A stretch of 64,000 nt of DNA from Aggregatilineales bacterium (GCA_965246845.1 CBDFFR010000004.1:213361-277360); one strand, 5' to 3'; numbered from the stretch's first letter, positions 10,141 to 19,635 are shown. The notes: generated by a model from the letters alone, not told the origin. Made by a program: numbers and translations.

Positions 10141-10369
10141 TGCGCTGTGGGCGGCGGGTTGCCCTGCCACAGCGCAGGGCAAGGTGCAGCGTTAGCTGCA
10201 CGCGGTGCGCGGTAGCGGACCGCATCCCCACCTGTAGCGCAGCGCAAGGTGGCGAGCTTTAGCTCGCTACCTACGCGCGCAAAGACTTCTCAAGTCAAAG
10301 CGGGTTTGTGCGCGCGTAGGTCATGCTGTGGCTGCGCCACAGCAGATGGCCGCCTGCGAGGGCGGCCAT
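10141..10369. repeat. Cluster of seven consecutive GC-rich stem-loops
   Basis: Hand-paired stems include tgcgctgtgg/ccacagcgca (10141-10176) and gtgcagc-GTTA-gctgcac (10184-10201). Others are aggtggcgagc-TTTA-gctcgctacct (10247-10272), cctacgcgcgca/tgcgcgcgtagg (10270-10320), gctgtgg/ccacagc (10325-10343) and atggccgcc-TGCGAG-ggcggccat (10346-10369). Confidence 0.6.
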
Positions 10370-10393
10370 ACATCGGCTTCACCGTGAGGGGTT

Positions 10394-11257
10394 GTGATGC
10401 GCTGGACGCAACTCAGTCTTCCACTCGCGTGCTACTATCTCTGCATCAACGTTGCTTGCCAGATTGCTGCTGTTCAAGCGATGACTGAATACCGTATTCA
10501 CGAGCGCCATAGATGGCAATATGTGCAAGACAAAACCCTCATGGAGCAGATTGACTTCCAACGCTTCGTCTCCGCAGGATACTTCCTCATTCGTGCAGGA
10601 AATCCTGGCTGGGAGCAGTTACAAACGGAGTTGCTGCCAACGACACTCCTCAGCTTGTCGCAGTGCATCGCGCCGCGCTTCGATGTTGCCTGGCGCTGGA
10701 TTCCAGGAAACAAACAGGCGGCGCTTGACTTTGGAGTAGCAGAAGCCGACTGGGATGAATTTGTCCATTGGTGCGGATACGAGTACGCATCAGAGATGGA
10801 CGTGTGGAGTATGTTCTACACGCCCGACTCGGCACGACATCTTGCACAGTGGCTTCTTGGCGATACTACAGATTTGCATCTCATCGGCGCTGGTCTTCCG
10901 CGTGAACTTGAATCCGCACACTGGCGCGAGCCTGTTCAGGACAGCGACAAAGTGTATGGCATTGAGAAACGCGTCAAACAACGCCTTCCCATCGCAGATG
11001 GCGGGCGACCACTGGGATTTGATGTAGTGAGCTTCTCATACAGCAACTTTGCACACTCCTGGCTGTGCAGCTCTATGCACGTGGAGATGTACAACCTGTA
11101 CAACATCCGTCCCGGCATGTTTGGACTACTCGAAACCGAAGCAGATGCCAAGCGGATCAACGACTGGATCGTTGAGGATGATATGCGCGGTCATCGTGCC
11201 GAACCTGAGCCGTATGATTATTGGTTGTTGATTGAGTATCCGCTCGACCTCATGTGA
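10394..11257 (+). CDS. Hypothetical protein
   Basis: 287-aa ORF. SD-like gagggg at 10386-10391 precedes GTG 10394 / ATG 10397. No motif recognised. Confidence 0.45.
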   Translation: MMRWTQLSLPLACYYLCINVACQIAAVQAMTEYRIHERHRWQYVQDKTLMEQIDFQRFVSAGYFLIRAGNPGWEQLQTELLPTTLLSLSQCIAPRFDVAWRWIPGNKQAALDFGVAEADWDEFVHWCGYEYASEMDVWSMFYTPDSARHLAQWLLGDTTDLHLIGAGLPRELESAHWREPVQDSDKVYGIEKRVKQRLPIADGGRPLGFDVVSFSYSNFAHSWLCSSMHVEMYNLYNIRPGMFGLLETEADAKRINDWIVEDDMRGHRAEPEPYDYWLLIEYPLDLM

Positions 11258-11419
11258 GACGTAGGGCAAGACAAGCTGATCGAGACGAACTCAGCTGCCT
11301 CCATCCAAAACGCGCAATTTGTAGACTCCGCTTCTTGTGAAATAGTTCAACAGGAATTTGTGAGAGATGACCTTGTTCTGCACTTCGGAAGCATGTCTTG
11401 CGCTAGGTCGTCATGTCTA

Positions 11420-12303
11420 AGAGGCCATTTGAAAATTAGGGCGGAAGGGTTTTGAGAAGGCGGATGGCATCAGCGAACCAAAGCCAGCCTTCGCTGGAAC
11501 GAGGGCAGCGCTCGAAATCCTTGCTGAGACGGCGGAAGTGACCAAACCACGCAAAGGTACGCTCAACGACCCAGCGACGCGGGAGCAAGATGAAGGTAGA
11601 AGCGTCGGGCGGAGGCAAGACGATGCAAAGCACGGCACGGCAAACCTGACCACAATACAGGCTGAGTCTGCCACGATAGCCACCGTCAGCCCAAATGCAG
11701 CGCAAGCGCGTGCGCAGGGTATCGGAGGTGTGTGCCAGAAGTAGCACCGCCCCATCGCGGTCTTGCAAGTCAGCCGGATGGACGACGACACTCAACAAGT
11801 TGCCGAGCGTATCCACTAGAATATGCCGTTTGCGGCCAACCACTTTCTTGCCCGCATCGTACCCGCGCGCTCCACCTACACTGGTCGTTTTCACGCTTTG
11901 GCTGTCGAGGATAGCCGCACTCGGGTGGACGGGACGACCAACCGCATGGCGAGCCTCATAGCGTAAAGCCCGTTGCAAGCGCTCAAGCGTCCCATCTCGA
12001 CACCACTTACGGAAATGATAGTACACACTTTGCCAGGCCGGATAGCACGCTGGCAACGTCGCCCACTGACAGCCTGTTTTCAGCACGTACAACATCCCAT
12101 TCACCACTGCGCGCAGTTCCAGTTTCATCGGTCGTCCGCGTTCGCCTTGTCTATCTGGCAGGTACCTTTTCAGTCGCACCCACTGCTCATCGCTCAACTC
12201 ACTGGTATATTTCTGCCCTTTGCGCCACACTTGCTGTACCTGTTTGGTTTATTGGTCGGTGGTACTTCCAATTCTACCGAACAGGTTTTTTCAAACAGCC
12301 TCT
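11420..12303 (-). mobile_element. IS5-family insertion sequence (about 0.88 kb) with TAA target duplication
   Basis: Terminal inverted repeats agaggccatttgaaaa (11420-11435) and ttttcaaacagcctct (12287-12303). TAA flanks both ends (11418-11420, 12303-12305 region). Contains a single transposase ORF. Confidence 0.8.
11436..12230 (-). CDS. IS5-family DDE transposase
   Basis: N-terminus LSDEQWVRLKRYLP...GRPMKLELRAVVNGMLYVLKTGCQWATLP...YYHFRKWCRDG is typical of IS5/IS427-group transposases. DDE region ILDSQSVKT...ADGGY. Confidence 0.85.
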   Translation of the reverse strand: MWRKGQKYTSELSDEQWVRLKRYLPDRQGERGRPMKLELRAVVNGMLYVLKTGCQWATLPACYPAWQSVYYHFRKWCRDGTLERLQRALRYEARHAVGRPVHPSAAILDSQSVKTTSVGGARGYDAGKKVVGRKRHILVDTLGNLLSVVVHPADLQDRDGAVLLLAHTSDTLRTRLRCIWADGGYRGRLSLYCGQVCRAVLCIVLPPPDASTFILLPRRWVVERTFAWFGHFRRLSKDFERCPRSSEGWLWFADAIRLLKTLPP

Positions 12304-12560
12304 AAGCATGTCCAAAGGTATATTGGACATGATTGGACGTCGAACTCACTGCATCGGCGTTGCACTTGCATTTTGCACAGAGTCCAATCATGTCTAATGA
12401 TGGCTAAACATCAGTTTTGAGCAGTCATGTCCAACATGTCCAGTCATGTCCAATGTAGTCTAACTGTACATCGCCAGATTCATGTCTAATGTCTAGTCCA
12501 AATCCACACACCTTCAGGTGTGGATTAGACTGGACATTGGACTAGACGAACGTGAAGGAC
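12304..12560. repeat. Non-coding iteron-like array of CATGTCCAA / TTGGACATG (and CATGTCTAA) units plus a conserved hairpin
   Basis: Copies at 12307, 12323, 12389, 12426, 12435, 12445 and 12481, plus degenerate TAGAC/TGGAC units to 12550. Hairpin tccacac/gtgtgga at 12503-12524. No ORF of 60 aa or more covers it on the minus strand. The array continues left of the IS5 (catgtcttg, catgtctaa at 11390-11419). Confidence 0.7.
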
Positions 12561-12601
12561 TGAACCTGAATTTACCTGACACAAGCAACGCTCCAAATCG
12601 G

Positions 12602-12660
12602 CTTCAACCCGGATTGTTCCTGGATACCCGGATTGAAGTCGGCTTCAACCCGGTTTGAAG
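12602..12660. repeat. Palindromic TCAACCCGG-type repeats (parC-like)
   Basis: cttcaacccgg (12602-12612), atacccggattgaag (12624-12638) and the near-perfect palindrome cttcaacccggtttgaag (12643-12660). The same motif family occurs at 46495-46546. Confidence 0.55.
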
Positions 12661-12765
12661 TTTCTGTACCCAATCTGGACTGTCTCTGGACGATTGCGCT
12701 TTGCGTCGTCACCTGCACTGAGGCATAGATCATGTCCAGTTCAGTGATCAGGTACGGCAAACGAA

Positions 12766-13098
12766 GTGTTGCTCATATCCAATATGTCTAAGTCATCAAG
12801 CGGTCGCTCTGCACACGCAGACGTTCAGGCGGCCTATGCTTCTCAACAGCGCGCGTATTCCAACAGCTCCACTCCAGCGGCAGCCACAAGCTATCGAGAA
12901 CCATCCAGAGCCAAAGTGCTGCGGTACTCAAGGGCAGTGTTCAAGGATACCGCGACCAGTGATAGCGAACTGGTCAGTGCCTTCACTGCATCCCTGCAAA
13001 CCCTGCTCGTGGCTTATACCCGCAGCCTAAACAGTGTCGTGCCGACCAACGCCCCGGATATTCCTCAAGCGGACACATCGCAAGGGGTGGACGCATGA
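12766..13098 (+). CDS. Small hypothetical protein coupled to the serine recombinase
   Basis: 110-aa ORF whose stop overlaps the recombinase ATG (ATGA at 13095-13098). An alternative start MSKSSSG lies at 12784. No motif recognised. Confidence 0.35.
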   Translation: MLLISNMSKSSSGRSAHADVQAAYASQQRAYSNSSTPAAATSYREPSRAKVLRYSRAVFKDTATSDSELVSAFTASLQTLLVAYTRSLNSVVPTNAPDIPQADTSQGVDA

Positions 13099-14816
13099 CC
13101 GCACGGCGAACTCCTGCTGAAAATAAAAGCGGTGGCGCGGTACTGACAAGTCGGGCCAATGCCTTACTAACAACGAGCCGCAACCTCACACTTGGCTATG
13201 TGCGGCTCTCGCGCAGCCGCAAAGGGGTAGAGAATCTCAGTCCAGAACGGCAGGAGAGCATGATCCGCGAACGCGCGAAGCATGAAGGCTTGGAGTGCCA
13301 TGTCTACCGTGACACGACAGGTCACAAGAGCGGACGCTCGATGAAAGGGCGGCAGGGCATGGATGACCTGCTCTACGAGGTCGTCACCAACCCACGAGTG
13401 AATGCTGTCATTGTCGCTGAGTTCTCCCGCGCACACCGCAGCGTGTTCCTCTCGACGCAGATGATTGAACTGCTCAGACGACACGCTGTGCGACTCATCT
13501 TTGCCAACGAGATGAGCGAACCTGACCTGAACAACCCGACCGACCGCTTTATGCTGGCGATAAAGGCAGCCGGAAACGAGTATTATGCCAACCAGGTTGC
13601 TGAACTGCAACTCATCGCTGTCACCAACCGCCGCGACAAAGGCGAGTGGGTCGGACGTGCGCCGTTTGGGACGGTCAACAAGCGCGGCATCCTCAAACTC
13701 AGCAAAGAGGGCGCATGGGTGCTGCCCGATGGCCGCTACCAGAAAGGAAAGCCCGGCGACTCTCCCGAAGAAGGTGCTATCTACCGCACTTATGCAGAGA
13801 GCCTTGCCCGCATCCTGCACTTCTATCTCAGTCAGCCGCATGGTGTGGGAACAGGTCGCCTCGCACGCTCGCTCAACGCCGAAGGGTATCCGTTCCGCAA
13901 TGAGCGAGGGCTACCCTGTGCCTTCACCGCCGACGATGTACGGCGGGCGCTTGCCGACTGGCCTGCGTACGGCGGGTTTTACGGTATGGGACGGGCAAAA
14001 GACCGACCCGGCTACAAGGATATAGACACAGATGCCATTCCGCTCAATCGCAAACGAGCGTTATTCCCGCTGGAAGACCTCAAGCGTGTGGGTCAGATGC
14101 GCAAGCGGCGCGGCTTCGAGCAGCCCACCGACGACGGTATTATCCACAACGCCAAAGCCTACCCGCTGGCACAGGTAGTACGCTGCGCCGCTTGCGACGC
14201 CAAAGCAGCACAACTTGGCGATGAACGTTATCGCACCCGGCTCGGAGGCCACACACCCAATGCACGCCGCTACCGTCACACGTTGGACAATGCCTGCACC
14301 TGCCGCACCAAGTCCGTACTTGCCGACGATTTGGAAGCGTTGTTCGTCAGGGACGTGCTGACGCGGCTCATCTGCAAGGACGACGCCTTTCATCGGCTGC
14401 TCGCAGAGGCATCAGTTGCAGACGCGCAGCCCGACCCGGAGTATGCAGCACAAGAAGACCCGCAGAATGTCCGGTCACGCCACATCAAGCGCTGCCAAGA
14501 ACAGCTACGTCGGTTGGAACGCTCCTACCAGAGCCTTGCCCTCTCCGACGCCGAGTACGACAAGCAGCGCAGCGCGACGCTGGCACGACTGGCTGAATGG
14601 GAGGGGCGAGTTGTTGTGCCTCGCGCCGCTGACGTGCAACTGGTCGAGTTCATCAGCGCGTTACGTGACCCAGTTCACCTCTGGTTCACACTGGATGATG
14701 AAGGTCGCCGCACGCTGGCACATAGCTTGTTTAGCTACCTGCTTTACGATCTGGACCAGCACTCATTTACTGAGTACCGACTAACTGATTGGGTGGAACA
14801 GTTATTCAAATGTTGA
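13095..14816 (+). CDS. Large serine recombinase
   Basis: N-terminal resolvase-type domain (LGYVRLSRSR...SPERQ...VIVAEFSRAHRS), a recombinase domain, and a Cys-containing zinc-ribbon region (VRCAACDAK...ACTCR). Confidence 0.8.
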   Translation: MTARRTPAENKSGGAVLTSRANALLTTSRNLTLGYVRLSRSRKGVENLSPERQESMIRERAKHEGLECHVYRDTTGHKSGRSMKGRQGMDDLLYEVVTNPRVNAVIVAEFSRAHRSVFLSTQMIELLRRHAVRLIFANEMSEPDLNNPTDRFMLAIKAAGNEYYANQVAELQLIAVTNRRDKGEWVGRAPFGTVNKRGILKLSKEGAWVLPDGRYQKGKPGDSPEEGAIYRTYAESLARILHFYLSQPHGVGTGRLARSLNAEGYPFRNERGLPCAFTADDVRRALADWPAYGGFYGMGRAKDRPGYKDIDTDAIPLNRKRALFPLEDLKRVGQMRKRRGFEQPTDDGIIHNAKAYPLAQVVRCAACDAKAAQLGDERYRTRLGGHTPNARRYRHTLDNACTCRTKSVLADDLEALFVRDVLTRLICKDDAFHRLLAEASVADAQPDPEYAAQEDPQNVRSRHIKRCQEQLRRLERSYQSLALSDAEYDKQRSATLARLAEWEGRVVVPRAADVQLVEFISALRDPVHLWFTLDDEGRRTLAHSLFSYLLYDLDQHSFTEYRLTDWVEQLFKC

Positions 14817-14855
14817 TCAGCTTGTATATTGCAACGAGATGCATGGAATTAGAGA

Positions 14856-16205
14856 CTAAAATGGGCAGAAAGATAAACCGCGTTCGGTCGGAATCCAGTT
14901 TATGTTGTAACTAGAGGACGGCCACATATCTATCGATTGAGGTCCCTTTGGTCCATTTGGTCTAGCACCCTTTGTGATGTCCTCGTTGATTACAGCGTTT
15001 ACTCGGATGCAAGTGTTCGTCAGCATGGATGTTTCACCAACTTGCATGAATAAGCGTCCATACTTAAACCAAAGCGATGCGTTGTCTTTGTCTGATGCAG
15101 AACGACGTATAAAGTCATTGTAAGCTTCTGCTGTTTTGGGGTCGTTGATGCCGTAGAGCGCAACGGTTGTGGTCAAAACTCCATAAGAGGCGAATGCTTG
15201 GACTATACGCCGCGTGTCGTCAGACCAGTCCGTGAGCGTCTGGTCGTGAAAGACTCGCTCGTATAAGCCCAGTGCAACAGCTAATTTACCGTGATTAGCG
15301 GCATAGAGTGCATCATAGGCAGCATGGAGACGATCTGTAGGTGGGTCGGAGACGACACTTAACTCCGTGAACTGCTTACCATTCCAAATATAGGTAATAG
15401 TGTGCTGGCGCTGTGGACCGGATGCAGGACCTGAACCTGAGTATCCTGTTCTCACAATGAGGTTGCGTGAATTACTCGTCATCGGTTCAGTTACCGAGTA
15501 AGAGCCGCTATCTGCCGGATATTCAATTGTTGCATCATCTATTTCAGCGAACTTGCCGAAAGAATCGTCCCAACGCAAAATCTTGACGCTCATCCAAATA
15601 GTTGTTGCTCCCGATACTCCTATATCAAGCACGAGTTCTGCACGGTCATCACCAATTAAATCACCAAAGAAAACCCACTTAGGAGGCCGATCCAAGCCAT
15701 GTACAAGTCCCGTTTTGTTGCTCAAGGGATCCAAGTCGAATAAGGCATTGACTAACTGGTAAGACGTACCAGTGCACAAAAACACAAAAACATTGTAACT
15801 GTTATCCGGTGTACCAAAACTGACCGCGACATCCAGCAACTTATCGCCATTGACGTCACCAATCCTAACGCCACCGCGATTGTAGAACCATGTTCGTGTA
15901 TCCCGCTGTTCAGACGCATCAACACGTTTGGGAATGCGATCTATAGTCATCAGTGCTTGCTCTAAAGCGATAGGTGATCCACCCTCATTCAAGTATGCTC
16001 TGATTGCTTGGGCCTGGGCTTGACCTGTATTCATAGGCTCAAGATGCGACCCCTCGGATTGAGAAACGCATGGTTGCAAAGATTTTTGCGCAGCGTGCGT
16101 CACACGAAGGGGCGTAAATCCTAAGTGAATATTGACTGCTAATATGCACACCATACTAAACAGTCTCAAAGGACATTGGACTGCACCTAACTTCATTTGC
16201 TTCAT
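14856..16205 (-). CDS. Secreted protein with FG-GAP/VCBS-like segments
   Basis: N-terminal hydrophobic signal-like segment. Motifs IGDVNGDKLLDVAVSFG and FGDLIGDDRAELVLDIG. Confidence 0.4.
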   Translation of the reverse strand: MKQMKLGAVQCPLRLFSMVCILAVNIHLGFTPLRVTHAAQKSLQPCVSQSEGSHLEPMNTGQAQAQAIRAYLNEGGSPIALEQALMTIDRIPKRVDASEQRDTRTWFYNRGGVRIGDVNGDKLLDVAVSFGTPDNSYNVFVFLCTGTSYQLVNALFDLDPLSNKTGLVHGLDRPPKWVFFGDLIGDDRAELVLDIGVSGATTIWMSVKILRWDDSFGKFAEIDDATIEYPADSGSYSVTEPMTSNSRNLIVRTGYSGSGPASGPQRQHTITYIWNGKQFTELSVVSDPPTDRLHAAYDALYAANHGKLAVALGLYERVFHDQTLTDWSDDTRRIVQAFASYGVLTTTVALYGINDPKTAEAYNDFIRRSASDKDNASLWFKYGRLFMQVGETSMLTNTCIRVNAVINEDITKGARPNGPKGPQSIDMWPSSSYNINWIPTERGLSFCPF

Positions 16206-16403
16206 TCTTTGGACTCAATCTTCGACTTGCATACTTGCGCCAAATCGATCACAATTCATTTCAAGCGAACGCCGCAGGTGCTGACAACACCGACGGCGCT
16301 CTGATCGAAGCACTACTGAGACTAGCGCAACGACTGCTCAGACTCTAACAGGTCGGGCGGCCTTGTGCTACCCGTACACACGACCTGCACAGGAGTCTGA
16401 CAC

Positions 16404-18416
16404 ATGGCCCGCCGCACCTCTCCCCAACCAGAGCGCAAGATTGCACTCGGCTACATCCGCAATTCATACACCCGCAACAAGACCGATACCGACAGTCCGG
16501 ACCGTCAGCGTGCCAACATTGAGGCTGTAGCTGCTCGCAAGGGTTACGTAGTCGAATGGTACACCGACACCGAAGGCCATAAATCAGGACGGTACGAGAA
16601 GAACCGACCCGGTTGGCTGGCGCTCAAGGACCGCATCGGCGACCCTGATGTGATTGCCATTATCGCCAATGACCTGTCGCGCTTGCACCGTAAACTCTCG
16701 CGCCTGAGTGACCTGCTCGATCTTGTAGACGAACATAAAATGGAGCTGATGCTGGCCGCACCGGGACGGGAGCTGGACACCTCCACGCCGATTGGCCGCA
16801 CGATTGCGCAGTTCATCGCGCTGCAAGATGAGGCATACTCCATCGACATTTCTGTACGCTCGACCGACTTGGCAATATACCGCCGCAAGCTGGGCAAGGT
16901 CAACGGCCAAGTGCCATTCGGCACGATGCGCGATGCAGAAGGATACCTGACTGCCGACGTGGAGGGTGCATGGACGTTGCCGGATGGCACATGGGTAACA
17001 GGCACACAGGAGAACCGACCGGAAGGCGCAACTGACTTCCGCTCGTACTATCGTTGTGCCAAGCGGATGCTCATCCTGTATGCTCGTGGCAACATCGGCT
17101 ACGAGAAAGTTGCCTATCGGCTGAACGAGTCCGCTTGGCTGTTCAGTGACCGCAAGGGTATCCCGCGATTGATTACCAGTGACGATGTGCGGCGGGTGGT
17201 CGCCAACTGGCCGGAGTTCGGTGGCGCGATGCTGGAAAAGAAGGCCAAAACGCGCAGCAAGGACCGCTCCACCCGTTTGGGGACAGACGGCATTTACTTC
17301 AACCCGGCACGAGCGGTCATGCCCATCAAGCTGCTGGTCAGGGTCGGCAACATGCTTAAGGAACGTGCCTTCGACGCTCCCGATAACGGGGTGGTCAGGG
17401 CGGCTCGTGATTACGCACTGAACAGGATTACCTACTGCGCTCACTGCGAGAAATTGGCTGCCGCGCAAAACAACCCAAAACTGCGCACGACGCTCAGTGG
17501 CAATCAGCAGAACGACAAGCTGCGCTATCGTCACAAAGGCGGTGTGAAATGCGGTTGCACCAACCGCTCTGTACCGCTTGCGGTGTACGAACATGATTTC
17601 GGGCGATTGCTCACACTACTCACTATTGCGGACGACAAGCTGAACCTGCTGACTGAACTGAGTATCCAGATGCAGAAAGGCCGTGCCGGGATCGCACAGG
17701 ACGCCGACATCGAGAAGGAAAAGCAAGAAGCAATTGAACTATGCCACCGCCGCATAGACGCCGCAGTCCACCTCTACGGTGATGGGCGCATCAGCCGCGA
17801 GGAATACCTGCGGCGCGTAGACAAAAACGAGCGCGAGATCGCGCATTGGGAGTCGCGCACGACGGATACTCAAAAAGCGGCGATGGACTTGGCATTGGTG
17901 GTGAACGCGGTCAACCAGATTGTGCGGGTGTGGGATAGCAGCAACGAAAAAGCCAAGCAGGACTTCGTTCGCGTCCTGTTCACATCCATCACCTACGACC
18001 TGGACACCCGCCGCATCGTCGACTTCAAGCTGAAACCGTGGGCTGACCAGTTCCTTGTGTTACGCGCAAACTTGTATGTCGATGAAAGCCGCAAAGAGCA
18101 AGAAAACCCGATGGTTGACGCAGAAAATAAAAATGCCCCACACCGTAAAGGCATGGAGCAGGCTTTGCCCCTATCGGGTCGCGGTGCGTATCCTAGATTA
18201 TTCCACGCTCAATTCGCTGTAAATCCGCACATCAAACCTCGCGCTCCACGCCCCAAACCACCTGAGTCGCCCGAAAAGCAAGTTCTTCGCGTGAAAGCCA
18301 AGTTGCTTCGCAAACAGGCCTATAGCTATCCTGAGATTGCAAAGCATCTCGGCATTTCACTTGGTGCAGCATGGGCGCTAATCAATAAACCCTTTGATAA
18401 GCGCAGTGACATATAA
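16404..18416 (+). CDS. Large serine recombinase with C-terminal HTH
   Basis: LGYIRNSYTRN...SPDRQ...IIANDLSRLHRK resolvase domain. Zinc-ribbon region YCAHCEK...KCGCTNRS, a coiled-coil region, and C-terminal HTH YPEIAKHLGISLGAAWALIN. Confidence 0.8.
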   Translation: MARRTSPQPERKIALGYIRNSYTRNKTDTDSPDRQRANIEAVAARKGYVVEWYTDTEGHKSGRYEKNRPGWLALKDRIGDPDVIAIIANDLSRLHRKLSRLSDLLDLVDEHKMELMLAAPGRELDTSTPIGRTIAQFIALQDEAYSIDISVRSTDLAIYRRKLGKVNGQVPFGTMRDAEGYLTADVEGAWTLPDGTWVTGTQENRPEGATDFRSYYRCAKRMLILYARGNIGYEKVAYRLNESAWLFSDRKGIPRLITSDDVRRVVANWPEFGGAMLEKKAKTRSKDRSTRLGTDGIYFNPARAVMPIKLLVRVGNMLKERAFDAPDNGVVRAARDYALNRITYCAHCEKLAAAQNNPKLRTTLSGNQQNDKLRYRHKGGVKCGCTNRSVPLAVYEHDFGRLLTLLTIADDKLNLLTELSIQMQKGRAGIAQDADIEKEKQEAIELCHRRIDAAVHLYGDGRISREEYLRRVDKNEREIAHWESRTTDTQKAAMDLALVVNAVNQIVRVWDSSNEKAKQDFVRVLFTSITYDLDTRRIVDFKLKPWADQFLVLRANLYVDESRKEQENPMVDAENKNAPHRKGMEQALPLSGRGAYPRLFHAQFAVNPHIKPRAPRPKPPESPEKQVLRVKAKLLRKQAYSYPEIAKHLGISLGAAWALINKPFDKRSDI

Positions 18417-18436
18417 ATTCAGTTGACTTCAAGAAG

Positions 18437-18820
18437 TTACGCATATGGTTGGTCAGCGAGTGATCCTAGCAGCGGCTGCATATGTTTCAGATTGTGCGTA
18501 TATAACGGCACTTGCAACCGATATGAGACCGATGCAATCAGACAATCTTCTTTGCCAATGTGATGGCTAAACTGGAATCGTTCAAGTTGCTGCATTCCCC
18601 ACTGCTGATCAGATGGAGCAAGATACAGTAGATCAAATTGACTCAAGACGGTTTTACATTGTAGTTGATTGGCTTTGCTAGTCGTGCCTTCCATAACTTC
18701 CAGCCAAGATGTCGAGCTTAGGCTTAAACGCTGCGACTGTGAGGCGTACCATGTTATGGCAGGTGAATAGTGGCGAAGGAGATGAACAATAGCTGTTGTG
18801 TCAACAAGAGCAGTTGTCAT
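18437..18820 (-). CDS. vapC: PIN-domain toxin (VapC-like)
   Basis: 127 aa with N-terminal LVDTTAIV, a central E, DCLIASV and THNLKH acidic/PIN-like positions. 4-nt overlap with the upstream small gene. Confidence 0.65.
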   Translation of the reverse strand: MTTALVDTTAIVHLLRHYSPAITWYASQSQRLSLSSTSWLEVMEGTTSKANQLQCKTVLSQFDLLYLAPSDQQWGMQQLERFQFSHHIGKEDCLIASVSYRLQVPLYTHNLKHMQPLLGSLADQPYA

Positions 18821-19194
18821 TTACTGCTATCCGTGTTTCCATTAGTCGTATCCCAGTTGCCAAGACGTCGTTGTCTTGATTCACGGCCCATGGTTTGAAC
18901 CCATTCGGTGGGATCTTCAATTTCCGGGTGAGCGAGTTCGATGGGACCAAGCTCGTCAAGTAACTGTAAAAGATTTTGACCCCAGTGTTCATCCGACAAC
19001 AAGGCGCTTTTCGGCTCAGGCTCAATTTCGCTCTCAACAGACGAAGCAATTCGCTCGATCAACTGAATACGCTGCTTGGGGGATAATCGCAGAGCTAATG
19101 TCAATGCCTCTTCAAGCTGTACCATGTTATTCATGAGATGTGCCCCTTCACTTACACTTAACCCGATTATACGATCAGTCTGTATCTTCTCCAT
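18817..19194 (-). CDS. Putative antitoxin of the PIN toxin
   Basis: Small acidic ORF immediately upstream of the PIN gene and overlapping it. An alternative start lies at MNNMVQLEEAL. Confidence 0.5.
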   Translation of the reverse strand: MEKIQTDRIIGLSVSEGAHLMNNMVQLEEALTLALRLSPKQRIQLIERIASSVESEIEPEPKSALLSDEHWGQNLLQLLDELGPIELAHPEIEDPTEWVQTMGRESRQRRLGNWDTTNGNTDSSK

Positions 19195-19570
19195 TGTATT
19201 CTATCTAGCGCACATGTTTTAGCGCGTTCTCCACATACGCTTTTTGTACGTTAAAGCTTGTCGTTTGACCTATACGTTTAACGGCATCTCTATCGGTTCT
19301 GTGCGTCCGTTAACGGAGGCGCTCACCAAGACAACTCAAGATCGATATATTGTAATACGCATCAAGCGTTTTTGATCCGTTGGCTAGTAGCTCACACTTC
19401 GTTTTGCAGGGTGCATCTAACCCAATGTCCACACTTCTACGGCTTGTGTCGGGTAGTTCGCTACGCAAATTTGATCAGTGTTGCCTGACTTGTATGAATG
19501 TTCAATGATGTCGCAGCAATTGCGTACACACGTGGCGCTGATACTTGAACATTCACTTATCTTTAAAGTC

Positions 19571-19599
19571 TTGACAACGCAAAAAAGCAGGATTACACT
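19571..19599 (+). promoter_or_regulatory. Candidate sigma-70-type promoter of the ROK regulator gene
   Basis: TTGACA (19571-19576), a 17-nt spacer, then TACACT (19594-19599). Confidence 0.4.
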
Positions 19600-19605
19600 T
19601 AAAGA

Positions 19606-19626
19606 ACTTATTTCGGTAAACGAAGA
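19606..19626 (+). promoter_or_regulatory. Candidate operator (copy 1) ACTTATTTCGGTAAACGAAGA
   Basis: Nearly identical 21-22-nt motif to 20867-20888. It has a partial TTCG-N5-CGAA dyad and lies just downstream of the candidate -10. Confidence 0.5.
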
Positions 19627-19635
19627 AAGTTTCGA

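Noticed and set aside
12304-12560. Possibility that the short-repeat arrays (here and at 42601-42760) are CRISPR arrays
   Set aside because: The units are about 9 nt, occur in both orientations and are irregularly spaced with no unique spacers of constant length. There is no leader and no cas genes.
13167-17594. Minus-strand ORFs 13167..13841 and 16584..17594 inside the serine recombinase genes
   Set aside because: They are antisense shadows. The recombinase frames show the resolvase, recombinase and zinc-ribbon organisation.
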